This document shows, in pieces, positions 28,590-39,869 of a stretch of DNA of 64,000 bases. Numbering within the stretch: the first letter of the stretch is position 1; each line of letters begins with the position of its first letter. This DNA is from Camelus dromedarius (taxonomy: Eukaryota): the NCBI RefSeq assembly GCF_036321535.1, contig NC_087436.1, positions 47,866,001 to 47,930,000 on the forward strand. Reading direction: 5' to 3'. A program made the translations under genes and the position numbers. Below the pieces are notes generated by a model, which saw nothing but the letters and a program-made list of their open reading frames with translations, was not told the DNA's origin and did not search any database.

Positions 28590-30625
28590 TCACTTTTATT
28601 TATGGAAGTTTTAAAAACTGTAAAAATAGAAGAGTATAATGAATTTATATGCACACGCCACTCAGCTTCAACAATTACCAACTCATGACCAGTCAGGTTT
28701 CACTTACATCCTAATACCCTCCCCTGAGATTATTTTGAAGCAAATCCCGTACCTAAAGCCTTTTCCTCTTGTAAATATTATACTGTTTATTTTTAAAAGA
28801 TGAAAGACTCTCTAAGAAAACTCATACACAGAAACCATGATTACACCTTAAAACTTAACAGTAGCTCTTAAATATATCAAATATCCATCATACAATTTTT
28901 TCAATTTGTTTGCTTATATCAGATCCAATTGTTTGCTTATATCATATCCAATCCTATATGGATTACAATTGTTTAATGGGTATCAATTAGCTTTTAATTT
29001 ATGGGTCTCTTCCTCTGTCACCCTTTTTTCCTTGCAATTTCTTGTTGTTGTTGCTATTTGTAAAAATTGAGTCATCTGTTATGCAGAGTTTTGCACATGA
29101 TCAGGATTTTACTGATTTCATCCCCATGGTCTATTTAACATGTTCCTCTGTTCCCTATATATCTGAAAATCTGTACTTCAATCTAAAGGCTTGATCAGAT
29201 TCAGATTTAATTTTTTGGCAAGACAATTTGATAGCTGGTACAATTGACCCTTTAAAAGCGTGGGCTTTAGGGACACCAACCCTATGTATGGTTGAAGATG
29301 CACATACCACTTTATAATTGTCCCCTCATATCCTTGGTTCCACATCTGCCAATTCAACCAACCTTGGATGGTGTAGTACTGTAGTATGTATTTATTGAAA
29401 AACCTTTGTGTATAAATGGACCCATGTAGTTCACACCCACGCTGTTCAAGGGTCATCTGTAATGTGTACTGCCATCAAGCTGCACACAGTGTTTGGCTGT
29501 CTCAATCTCTGCAATGTTATTAAACATTGATGATTGCCCAAGATCCCATAACTCCCTAGGGATTATAAAATGGTGATATTCTAATTCTATCATCTGTTCT
29601 TCATATATTAACTCCTATATGAAGAAGATTTCTTGATAATTTATTTGGCTATCCTGAGGTGTGGTGAGACTAGGAAAGGCAGAATAAATGCTCATTCTTT
29701 CTCCTTTATAATTTTTCAAAATAATAAGCTGTTTACTTTGCATGATCCAGAGGCGACTGGATTTTTAAAATACTGTTATAAATTAATGGGTCTAAGTCTA
29801 TTTTATGAGTTTCAATATATTGCAGTTTCCTTATTTATGAACATTTGCCTAGGGGAGGCTCTTTAGGTTGGCTTCTAGTCCTTCAGACATGATCTCAGTG
29901 GTGTTTTATAATTTCCTTGCTATCTGATTTGTCAAGATGATAAGGCTGATTCTGTGTATTTCCTAATTTAGACTTTAGGCTTTTCTGCAGAAAGAGTCCT
30001 TGATCCTTTTAGAAGGAAGTTAATAGTAATGTGAGAATTCAAATTTCAGCATACATGATTTACTTATGCTTACCCTCATAGATCTTACATCTGTTTCTCC
30101 CATCTCCAATATCAAAAATCCTGGTGCCCCATCACACAAAAGTAATTACAGCCCCATAGAAGCCACAGGAAAGTCTCAAGATAATGATAACAACCCGACC
30201 ACTAAGAATCTGATTATTGACAATAGTTCAATAATGAATAATTATTTCATAGTTACATGAAATATTTATATGGTTACACAGGCAACTCTATGAATTTAAA
30301 GCTAGTTTATCTCCATGGTTGCCTCCACCCTATTCCTGTTATTCCTGTCCTCCACTTTATTTTTGTGGTGGTTTGTCTTTTTTTTTTTTTTTTAACTCAC
30401 AAGGAAAGACAAATCAATAGACATATAGTTACAGATTTATATTAGTAACTATCCTTTCTTAGTTAAATGATAGTACAGTTTTCCATCTTGCCTTTTTTCA
30501 CTTAACAATACATCTTGGCGATCACTGCATAGCATTATATTAGATATATTACTTATTCCTTTTTATAGTTACATAGAACTTCATTGTGGATATTTCCTGA
30601 GCTGATTCAACCAATGCTCTACTTA
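28590..30625 (-). mobile_element. Ancient L1M 3'-region fragments, interrupted by a Tigger MITE
   Basis: TTATTTATGGAAGTTTTAAAAAC...AGCTTCAACAATTACCAACTCATG...ATTATTTTGAAGCAAATCCC; later TTTTTCACTTAACAATACATCTTGG. Confidence 0.6.
29241..29459 (+). mobile_element. Tigger2/MER8-like MITE, copy 3
   Basis: TA|CAATTGACCCTT ... AAGGGTCATCTG|TA. Confidence 0.85.
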
Positions 30626-32506
30626 ATGCTCTGCATAAGTCTTGACAACGAAGATGGCTCCTTCTGTGTAGTTTGATAAAGGAAAGGTTTAAAAAAATTT
30701 TTTTTCAATTTTGGCAATCTAAGATTTGAGAGGTATTGCAACCTCTTCTCTAGAGGAGTAGATGAATCCATTTTTTAGTTCTCTTCCATTTTATAATACC
30801 GGTACAGTAAAGGCCTTTAAACACTTTTCTACAGAAAAGTTACTTTGTAACGTTCTCTAGCGTTTTTTTCTAACCTTGGATAAATATGCATTACTGCCCT
30901 CTGCTGCATGAACTTGGACCTCTTCCCACTCTTGCAGACTAATAATAACTATGTAAGATTACTGATTTTTTAAAGCCCATTTCTAACAGTTAATAGGAAC
31001 TCTTCTTTTATCAGAGAATAATACCATGATGGATTGCAATTTCCGTCTCCAATATAATGAACTGATGTTGAGGAATTACTTAGAGTGGTTTCCCTCAAGG
31101 CATTTTAACATTAAATGGCCTTTGAAAAGAAATCAGATGATCATGTCTGTTATATTCAGAAAATGTGTTACAAATGAGGGACAGATAGATACAAATGAGA
31201 GACAGATACAAATTAACTTAAAATTAACAGCCTTAGGCTGTATCTACAGTTGGTTAAAGAAAATGAAGAGGGTTGGACTGTAACAAGCATAACTTTTGAT
31301 CAGAACTTGCAACTGTCAGCTTTTAAATGGATGACCTCCTAAAATTATGCAAACATATCATATAATTCTGTGAACTTGAAGATAATGCTTAGGTTATTAT
31401 AAATGTATCTTGAATTTTCACATTAGAATGGGTCCCAGCTGGCATATCCCTGGAACCAGTGCTAGTTCCAATGTTAAGTGAAGGGGAGCAATATATTCAG
31501 TATTATAGATCATTTTCAAAATTTGAATAATTCTATTACATAAGATAAAATTTGTATAATACACTTGGATACTAAAAAGCAAACTGATCAAAGATTTATG
31601 AATTTCCCTTTATTATTAATTAAAATATACAACATTCTATTGCAGAACAAGGCTACCCCAATTTTAAGACGTGGAAACATTTGTTATGTTCTAGGAGATA
31701 GTATTTGGTCTTAGGTATATTCACATCTACACGTATATTCTTGACATTTAACAACCAAAACATTTTATGGATTTCAGAAAAAACAATAACAACTAAAATT
31801 AAAAAGCTAACCTAAATTTGAGCTTATTCTAACTCAGATTTCTTGATAATTTAAAAAGTAAATGGTCAAAGTACACATATATTAAAAATTGATTTCATGA
31901 GTAGTTTCAATGAAATGAGATATTCCCTCTGCTCCCACATATTCAGCCCTGCCTTGAATTAATTAAAGGTACTATGATTCCAAGTAACTATTAATTTACT
32001 GAGTAAATTGAACAAATCAAATTAAATAAGTGGACAAATTAAGTTAGCGACAGAACAACTTGCTGATTGCTAGATTACTCTATTTTTGATGGTTGCTTCC
32101 TTTTTCTTTGATCTACAATGATTTCATTTTTGTATCATATACTCCTGTACTTTATTGTTTCCATCTTTCATTAAGAAAGTGTGGTTGTAGAAGCGATCTT
32201 ATCTTCTTGGCAAATAGCTTGTGTTCTTTGTTTTCTTTTTCAGGGCCCCACTGGAATCCTGACAGTCACATTTAGACTCAGTCAGCTGGGTTCATATTTA
32301 GCCATCATTCACACACAGAAGGAAAGTGAGGAAGTTATGATCATTAACACAGGCTAGAGGTAAAATGGTAATAGGAAAAATTTAAATAGCACTTTTAAGT
32401 GACCATATGACGTATTTCCCACAATAAGTTCCGGAACTCTGGCAGAGTTCCAGAAGTGTTACTCTTTCTCCAAATGTTTTATCTACACCATGTCTACAAA
32501 GCCATC

Positions 32507-32885
32507 TGTTATGGCTGAACTGTGTGCCCCCTCCTCAGATTCGTATGTTGAAGCCCTAACCCCCAGTACCTCAGAACGTAACTGCATTTGGAGATAAGAT
32601 TTTTCAAAGGTAATTAAGTTAAAGTGAGGTCTTTAGGATAGGGCCTAATCCACTACAACGTGTCCTTATGATAAGAGGGAATTTGGACAAAGACAGGCAG
32701 AACAGTGAGAAGAGGGCCTCTGCAAACCAAGGAAAAAGGCCTTGGAAGAAACCAAACCTGCTGACACCTTGATCTTGGACTTCCAGCCTCCAGAACTGTA
32801 AGAAAATACATTTCTGTTGCTTAAGCAACCCCCCTCCCATTGTAGTACACACACTTTGTTATAGCAGCCTGAGCAGACTGAGACA
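32507..32885 (+). mobile_element. MLT1A/B-like MaLR solo LTR with 5-bp TSD
   Basis: TG...CA termini, exact TSD CCATC at 32502-32506 and 32886-32890; TTGGACTTCCAGCCTCCAGAACTGTAAGAAAATACATTTCTGTTG. Confidence 0.92.
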
Positions 32886-35800
32886 CCATCCTTAGACAGC
32901 AGAGTTCTCTGCTCTATGATCATTCAGCTTCCAAGAGGCTTTATACTACATTAGTCAAAACTGCAATATAGGTACTCATCTACTTATATTGTTGGTGTTA
33001 TCTGTAGCCCTTTACCAGGTGATTTATCTTGGCTCCTTCAGAGGAATCAGTGTTAAGTCCTGCTGCAGTGATGCAAAGGCACCTCCATGTTCTTGTGGCG
33101 GATTCTCCTTTGCTTAGGTGCACTCTGCATGTTGCCGTAACTGGGCATCTGTGACTACAAACGAGGGCTCGCTGTGCAGCATGCTACTCTTTGCTCAGTG
33201 TTATTTTAACGTTGGACATTGTTTTAAAGACATGAACTATGGGGTACAAATAAGAGATAAAACATGTAATACATGAAAAGTACTTAGCAAGCCTGGCATA
33301 TGGTAAGCAATCTACTTTGGTTATTATTACTTTTTTTATTATTGCTCTGTCTTCCAAGCTAGTTACGTATAAAATTCCATAAACTGATTGAAGTTTAATA
33401 TCTTGATTTTTTTCACACCTCAAACTGTTTTTGAGCATTGGAGCCTATTCCCAGGGTATCAAAAGGTAGGATCTATACAAACTGATCATTTGAAAATAAA
33501 CTAAACACAATTTACATTCCCTGTTACCGAGTGTGGTTATGCTTCAAACACACAGATTTTAAATTGCCACTTAGGAGCCTATTTCCTTATGTTTTGCAAA
33601 TAGTTTTCCCATTATTTTTCAATCTGTGCCACAATTTATTGTACAGTTAAAGTTTTTCTATGTTCACTACTCATAAGTTCAGATGACCGACCAGGAACAA
33701 ATACATTTTACCATGACTGGATTAGCTACCCTTCCCTTCCATTTTTAATATTTCCTTACTGCAAATGACCAAATCATTTCAGATGGAATAAATTGCCAGA
33801 GTTTCAATAGTCTCCCCATTTGAGTAATGTTTGCTCTGGAAATAACCTGTAGTAATAGCAGGTTACAAATCTATCCTTCTCCTTGTTGGCAGGTTTGGAT
33901 TCATAGAAGGTTTTGCCTGACTTATGGTTGCTTCCGAATCTGTGCAGTTGATTAAAAACAACCAATCAACCGACCAACACAACCCTCCCACAAATGAAAA
34001 TAGTAACAAGAGAGGCATTTAAAAATGCATGTTGCTGGAGCCCTCTCCCACGAGGTCCTGTCAGAAATACAGCAGTGCTAACTTCCTTGTTGGACTTCTG
34101 CCAAGCCCTGATTATCTAAAAGTTGTTTACTTTGTTGTTCAAGATGAAATTTCTTGTAATGAACCTCTCTCAAGAATTATACATATTTCTCCTTCACCAC
34201 CAAGTACAGTACTTTTTCCAAAGATGAATCGTGAAACGACCTGCCAGAGCTCAGCAGCGAGAGTAAGTTGGACCACCAAGGAAGGTGTGCAGTGTATAGA
34301 ACCAGCAGAAATTGTGCATCATAAAGGGGAAGGCTTGGTGTTAAACATTTGCAGAGTGTTTCTAAAGTCAGTTTCACCTAAGGTAACTCACATGCACAAG
34401 AATCAATAGAAGTTTGTCCACCTGAGTTGCTGACTATATTATTTGCATGCTTTTAGTTAGTTGGGTTCAGGCTCAAAGGGAGGGATTTGTTCAGTAAATT
34501 GCTTTTATTTGGGTGGCAGATAAAATATTGAGAAGATGATTGATATGTCAAGGCTCAAAAAACAAGCCATTGGCTTGTCCTGTTGTCAAGGAGATCAAGT
34601 CAGAAGGGGGTTAACAGTTAAAACTGTGGCAGGGATAGAGTAGGAGATGCAATTTTTCATATCTGGATGGAAATTGGACCTATCAAGAAACACAAAAATG
34701 TTCACAATACCAGTATTAATGTTCATTATTACAAATTATTGAAAATGTAATTGACACCAACACATGGTACTGTTTTTCCTCAGGCAAAGTGAGAAACAAA
34801 AATTCCCATGGGATAAGATCCAAAGTATGAGTACTACTAGAATAGAGAACCAGGCAGGCTGGTTTACTATGGAGAGAGGAAACCCACATAACCATGTTTT
34901 CCAAATCCTTTAACACCCAACACGATGAAGAAGTTTCATGTCCATCTAGTGTGAACAAGATGCTTTGGGGTCCTGTGGGACCTACGACTAAGTAATCTCT
35001 CTTCCCAAATTTGCCATAGTACCATACTTCTGTTCTCACTTCCCTAATAAGCCCGTAGCTAGTGTCATTTCTTTGGATTTGACCACAAATTTCTTTGGAT
35101 TTAACCACAACTACAAATGTAGGAATACTGTCTCCCTGTACACTGTCAAAGTATACATGTGACTTGAGAGAAAAGGAAAGACTCTGGGAGACATTCCTAG
35201 TATTTTTATTCCCATAGTCATATGAATTCAATCCAGTGTGGAAGTTCCAGACACACTGTGGAAGACTGAGAATGGCAGAATTCAGCAGTGGATGAGGACA
35301 GAGGAAGGTGGATAGCAGCAACTCTGGAGCGGGGGAGAGGCAGATCTCAGTGAGTGAAAGCTTTCACCGTGGTCTGTAAACCTCTCCACTCCCAAGGCCC
35401 TGACTTAATATTTGTATTCTCAAGGTCCTAAATTTAATACAGTGAATGCATGACCAACTGCTAAATAGGCTATTGTAGGAAGTGGTTTCTAATGCAGGGA
35501 GAGAGATAATAAAATGAAAAACAAGAATAAGGCGATGAGGTATACCCTTAGCTTACCTTGGGCCGAAGTATTCAGAAGGAAGCCAGGACCCAGAGCAACT
35601 GCTGAGACAGGTGTGGTTTTTCTGTGGAACCAAAATGACCCCACAGCTAGGGGAGCAGACAGAGAGGGTAAGGAGGGACAGAGGACAAGAGAACCATATC
35701 CTTACTTCTGAACAGTGGTGCTTTTTTATATTTACTCCCTAATGATGCTATTGCAAAAGGCACAAAAGATCTGTTTTCCAAGTAGAATATGAAACTTTTA

Positions 35801-38058
35801 TCTTCATACTTATGAAAACACACATGAGAAAACACATGTGGGATTAAGTCAGTAATCCAAAGGATTATGTTTATTTGCAGTTAGTTGATTTTGTGTATGC
35901 ATATCTGTGTGTCTACATATGGGTAACGTGTGTCTCTCTCTTTCTGTCTTCTACACAGTTTTACAGAGAGCATTTGGATCATGAATGAAGTTAGTTTTTA
36001 CCTCGTTTTTAGCTTAAGGTGTAGTTGTGTGTATTTTAGCATTTGATTCCATAGTGAGATACTGTTTTCTACATGAGGGACATTGTTTGTGAAAGTAACA
36101 TCCCTGTGAACTTTGATTTTTAACTGTGTTTGTAAAGATTTGCTCTTGGAGCTTGTAGGGTTCTGTGTAACTCTGAGAGAATCTCTTTACCCTGATACCC
36201 AGAGCTGAAGGGTTTCTTGTGAGTAAATACGCTGAGCTTTACACCACTTTTCTTCTTAGCGTCTGGTGGGGGTTCGGTCTGACTATCTGGCGTCTTATTT
36301 TGGTTGGTGGTAAAGAAAGAGGAAACCAACAGAAACAGGCAAAGGATCTTCAAATTTTCTCTTGATTCATTTGAGTTGGCTCTTCAGCAGATGGTGGGAG
36401 TGACATTCCCTTCTGTAAAGTCTAAGCACTGAATCCCAAGTACTTATCTAGAGACTTTGGGTCAGTTTCCTTGCCCTCCACTAGTGCCTGGAATGCTTCA
36501 CTTGTCCTTACAAATCCATTTCTGGACATATTTTTAAAAAGTGAAAAAAAATTTTTTTAATGTGAAAATCTCTACCCTGAGGAAGCACAAGGCAATCCAA
36601 AGGTAAGAAAACATGCCCCAGAGTTCGTTTTAATTACCTCTTGTTCGTGTATTAAAAATAAAAAAAAAGCTTTATGAAAAATGAAGAATTTCACTGCAGA
36701 CAGACTCACAGAGCGTAGCAGAAATAGACAAAGTGGGTGCAGCCTGGGAGAAACCCAGCTATAAAGTCACACTTTAGACTCGGACCTTTTGAGGGTAGGA
36801 AGAAAGGAGTCACTAAGGTTTTCACTTAGCGACGTATTGACTGTCTACCCCTGTACGTGCTGGTGTGTACCAGGATCAGGTGTGAAAGCTGACGAACCCA
36901 GGTCTGAAAATTAGTGGTTGGAAAGAGCCGCCTCCTCCCCTAGCGGTTAGCCGCCCAGTTGTGCCGCACTGCCTCGATTTCTTCGTGCGCGGAAGTTAGC
37001 TCGCGGGAGAGGGAGAAATGCAACAACCTCCTAAGCCCTCGCAGTACTGTGGCAGCCTTGGCGCTCTAAGCCGGCGAACATCTCCAAGCGGGAGATTGCC
37101 TGCGACAGCTACAGCCTGTCTCCTGCAATCCTTACGCGCCTCGTTCCGCAGCTGCCACTGGCGCCCCCAAGCGCCGCGCGCCCGCGCGCTCCTGGTCTTC
37201 TCCCAGCCCCTTTCGACCACAGTGGCGAACTGGACCTGGGGAGCCTCCGGGTTTGGCAGGAAAGGCTTCCCATGGAATTCCCAGAGGCTGAGATGCAGAA
37301 AGCGGAGGAAGGCAGGACCTCAAAGACTCCCTTGCCCCTGTTCATTCTGGTCTGGGATTTCCCCTTTGCAAGAGGGGAGTTACCTGGAACCGTAAAGATT
37401 CCCGCTAGAGCTGTAAGATTCAGATCTCGGAGTGTACTCAGGGGCACCCCGTTCCTCCTAGCTCGTCAGGGACATAGACATACGCTGCGTGTGTGGTGGG
37501 GTGGGGGGCTGGAGGATGGAGAAGGAGGAGACTAGAAAGTCCTAAATGCTTCCCGGGAGGTAGAGTAGAAGCATCTATCTCCCTTCTCTATTGCTTCTCT
37601 TCCCAAAGTCCCTATCCGGATCGGTGGGCACCCTCTGGCGCACCGACACAGCGCCAGCTCCAAACCTCTACTGGGAGGCACAGGCTAAAACCAAACTTGA
37701 GCGTACACAGTCCACGGTATTAACGCCCAGATGCTCACTTTCCTCAGTCTTCTATAGGGCTTTTCCAGTGCTCTGCTCCGAGTCAGAGACTGGAGATAGG
37801 TTGGGAACCCATGGAAGGGTGCTGGCGGTCCCGAAGTGCAGTGGCAGCTTGCCCCTCTCCACTTCCACATTTGCCCTCCGTTTATTTCCAAAGGTTCTTC
37901 CACCCTCTGGGGCGGTTGTCAGGAACTAGGGCCCGCATATTCCTCTGGGAGTGAATACATTTTTCTCAGTTGTAGATTGGAGAGGGAGTGGGAGGGGGCT
38001 AAGGCGAAGCAGGAGGGGAAGCCTCAGAAGGAGCTGCCGCAGGGAAAAGAAAAGAGGA

Positions 38059-38155
38059 GGGCGGGGACGTGGGGGTGATAGAAACGTTTTACTCTTTGTC
38101 ACTCCTGAATTGGGGGCGGAGGAAAATAAGACCCACTTGTGGGAAGCTATAAAAA
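38059..38155 (+). promoter_or_regulatory. DKK2 core promoter: GC boxes and TATA box
   Basis: GGGCGGGG at 38059-38066, GGGGGCGGAG at 38112-38121, TATAAAAA at 38148-38155. Confidence 0.8.
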
Positions 38156-38177
38156 GCAAAGGGGGCGGCGGTGAGAG

Positions 38178-38900
38178 AGCACACAGAGAGGGAGACCGCG
38201 GGGAGCGTAAGACCGCTCCCAGGGCATCGCAGCGTCGGTGGTAGCAGTTGGCTGCTGCTGGGTTGTGAACTGGAGAACAACGCTTCGGGGCGACTGTGCG
38301 TGCGTGCGTTGGGGAGCTCGGCTGGCCTCAGACCTCAAAGATCGCGTCTGGGACGCGGTTCCTGATCCCCCATTACAGTGCCCGCTAACATTGAAAAGGA
38401 GGACTTAATGTCCTGCAAAGGTTGAGAAGTAAAGGTTAGGGAAGGAAAAGAGGAGAAAAAAGCAACTGAGGCCGAAGAAGAAACTAGTGTGGACTTCCTG
38501 AGCAGTTAAGAGGAGGATTGGACCGCGGAGAACCGGGCGGGACCTCGGAGGTGCGGGGCAAGGAGCAAGGGAAGCGGTGCGGTCCGCGGGACTGGGTCTT
38601 CTTGCACCTCAGGTCACGCCTCCTTGGCGAGAAGGCGCCTTGCCTTTGATTGCTTCCAGTTACTGCAGAACTTCCTGCCCTGGCGGAGAAGCGGGTCTTG
38701 CTTGGGTCGCGCTCGCTCCTGGTCTGAGGCGTGAGACTGAGTTCACACGGTGCTGGGCCCCCAAAGCCAAGTGGAGTTGGGGGAACAGAGTCTGCGAGCC
38801 CCATCGCCCCAAGTGAGGGGCCCCGTGTTGGGGGTCCTTCGTGCTTTTGCATCCGCACCCCTGCGGGCTTTGCTCCTCCCCGGGGACCCCTCGCCCGGAG
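38178..38900 (+). other. DKK2: DKK2 5' UTR (start approximate)
   Basis: GC-rich sequence from ~30 nt after the TATA box to the ATG; resembles my recollection of the long human DKK2 leader. TSS inferred, not observed. Confidence 0.75.
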
Positions 38901-39122
38901 ATGGCCGTGTTGATGCGGGGCAAGGACTCGTCCCGCTGCCTGCTCCTACTGGCTGCGGTGCTGATGGTGGAGAGTTCACAGTTCGGCAGCTCTCGGGCCA
39001 AACTCAACTCCATCAAGTCCTCTCTGGGAGGGGAGACGCCTGCCCAGGCCGCCAATCGATCTGCGGGCACATACCAAGGACTGGCTTTCGGCGGCAGTAA
39101 GAAGGGCAAAAACCTGGGGCAG
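38901..39122 (+). CDS. DKK2: Dickkopf-related protein 2, coding part of exon 1 (74 codons, phase-0 donor); partial CDS
   Basis: Translation MAVLMRGKDSSRCLLLLAAVLMVESSQFGSSRAKLNSIKSSLGGETPAQAANRSAGTYQGLAFGGSKKGKNLGQ matches the DKK2 N-terminus as I recall it (signal peptide, NSI motif, NRS sequon). Strong Kozak GAGATGG; ends at CAG|GTAGGA, where similarity stops. Confidence 0.97.
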
Positions 39123-39454
39123 GTAGGAAAATACCCCAAAATACCCACTCTGAGGGCAGGAGAGGTAGAGGGACTGGCACTCTCGACAATTCGTTTGCCT
39201 TTGCGCCTCTCGACCTTCCGCCCCCAGGTGTGGCGCCCAAGACAGCTGACAAGGGGTTCCCAGAAGCAGGTCTATGCGGGCGCGGGAGGCTAGGTGGCTT
39301 TAAGTACGGGAGGGCGTGGAGCGGGCAGGTTAGGGTACCGTCTCATCTCTGCTTTGGGATCCGGGCATGTACAGGGATCTAGTGCATACAGGTGGGGGAA
39401 GTGACCAGAATGGTCCTTCTCCAGATTTAACACAGCGATGCCGCAGATGATGTG

Positions 39455-39695
39455 AGTAGCTAACACATAGCAACTGCTGTGTGTCAGGCACTGTTTTAAG
39501 CGTTTTACACGTGTTTAGTCTTCACAACCCTATGAGCTAGGCGCTGTTACTCTCCCTAACCTGCAAGTGAGGAAATTGAGGCATGGAGTGGAAGCTGTGT
39601 GCCCAAGGACAACAGTTACTATAAGTGGCAGACCAGGATTCAAATCCAGACAGTCTTTGAGTCCAGGTCCTGGGCTCTTAACCATTATATTTTAC
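39455..39695 (-). mobile_element. Near full-length MIR
   Basis: TGTGTCAGGCACTGTTTTAAGCG...GAGGAAATTGAGGC...AGTGGCAGACCAGGATTCAAATCCAGACAGTC...GCTCTTAACCA. Confidence 0.88.
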
Positions 39696-39869
39696 CATCT
39701 GAAGGGGGAATTTACCTTTTTTCGGGTTCTCCTTTCTTTCCAGCCACTCTCTCACTTTCAAGAAGGTCACATAGAGAAAACCTCAATGGATGGGTATTTT
39801 TCACTCCTAAAGAACTGTAAATAAATCATCCGAGAGGAAGCAAAATAATGAAGTGAGTGACAGCATTGT

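Larger units (their letters stand above)
36930..39330. promoter_or_regulatory. CpG island over the DKK2 promoter and exon 1
   Basis: Abrupt rise in GC and CpG content versus AT-rich flanks (judged by eye). Confidence 0.8.

Noticed and set aside
9222..29459. Three similar ~200-bp elements as a novel repeat system
   Set aside because: Inverted termini and TA flanks identify ordinary Tigger-family MITEs.
34029..34409. 126-aa ATG-initiated ORF
   Set aside because: No recognisable homology or gene context; plausible by chance.
36760..36765. TATAAA upstream of the CpG island as a second promoter
   Set aside because: Common hexamer with no other supporting evidence.
38841..39293. 150-aa ORF read as a single-exon protein
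   Set aside because: It starts at a non-ATG codon in the UTR and reads through the donor at 39123; only 38901-39122 resembles DKK2.
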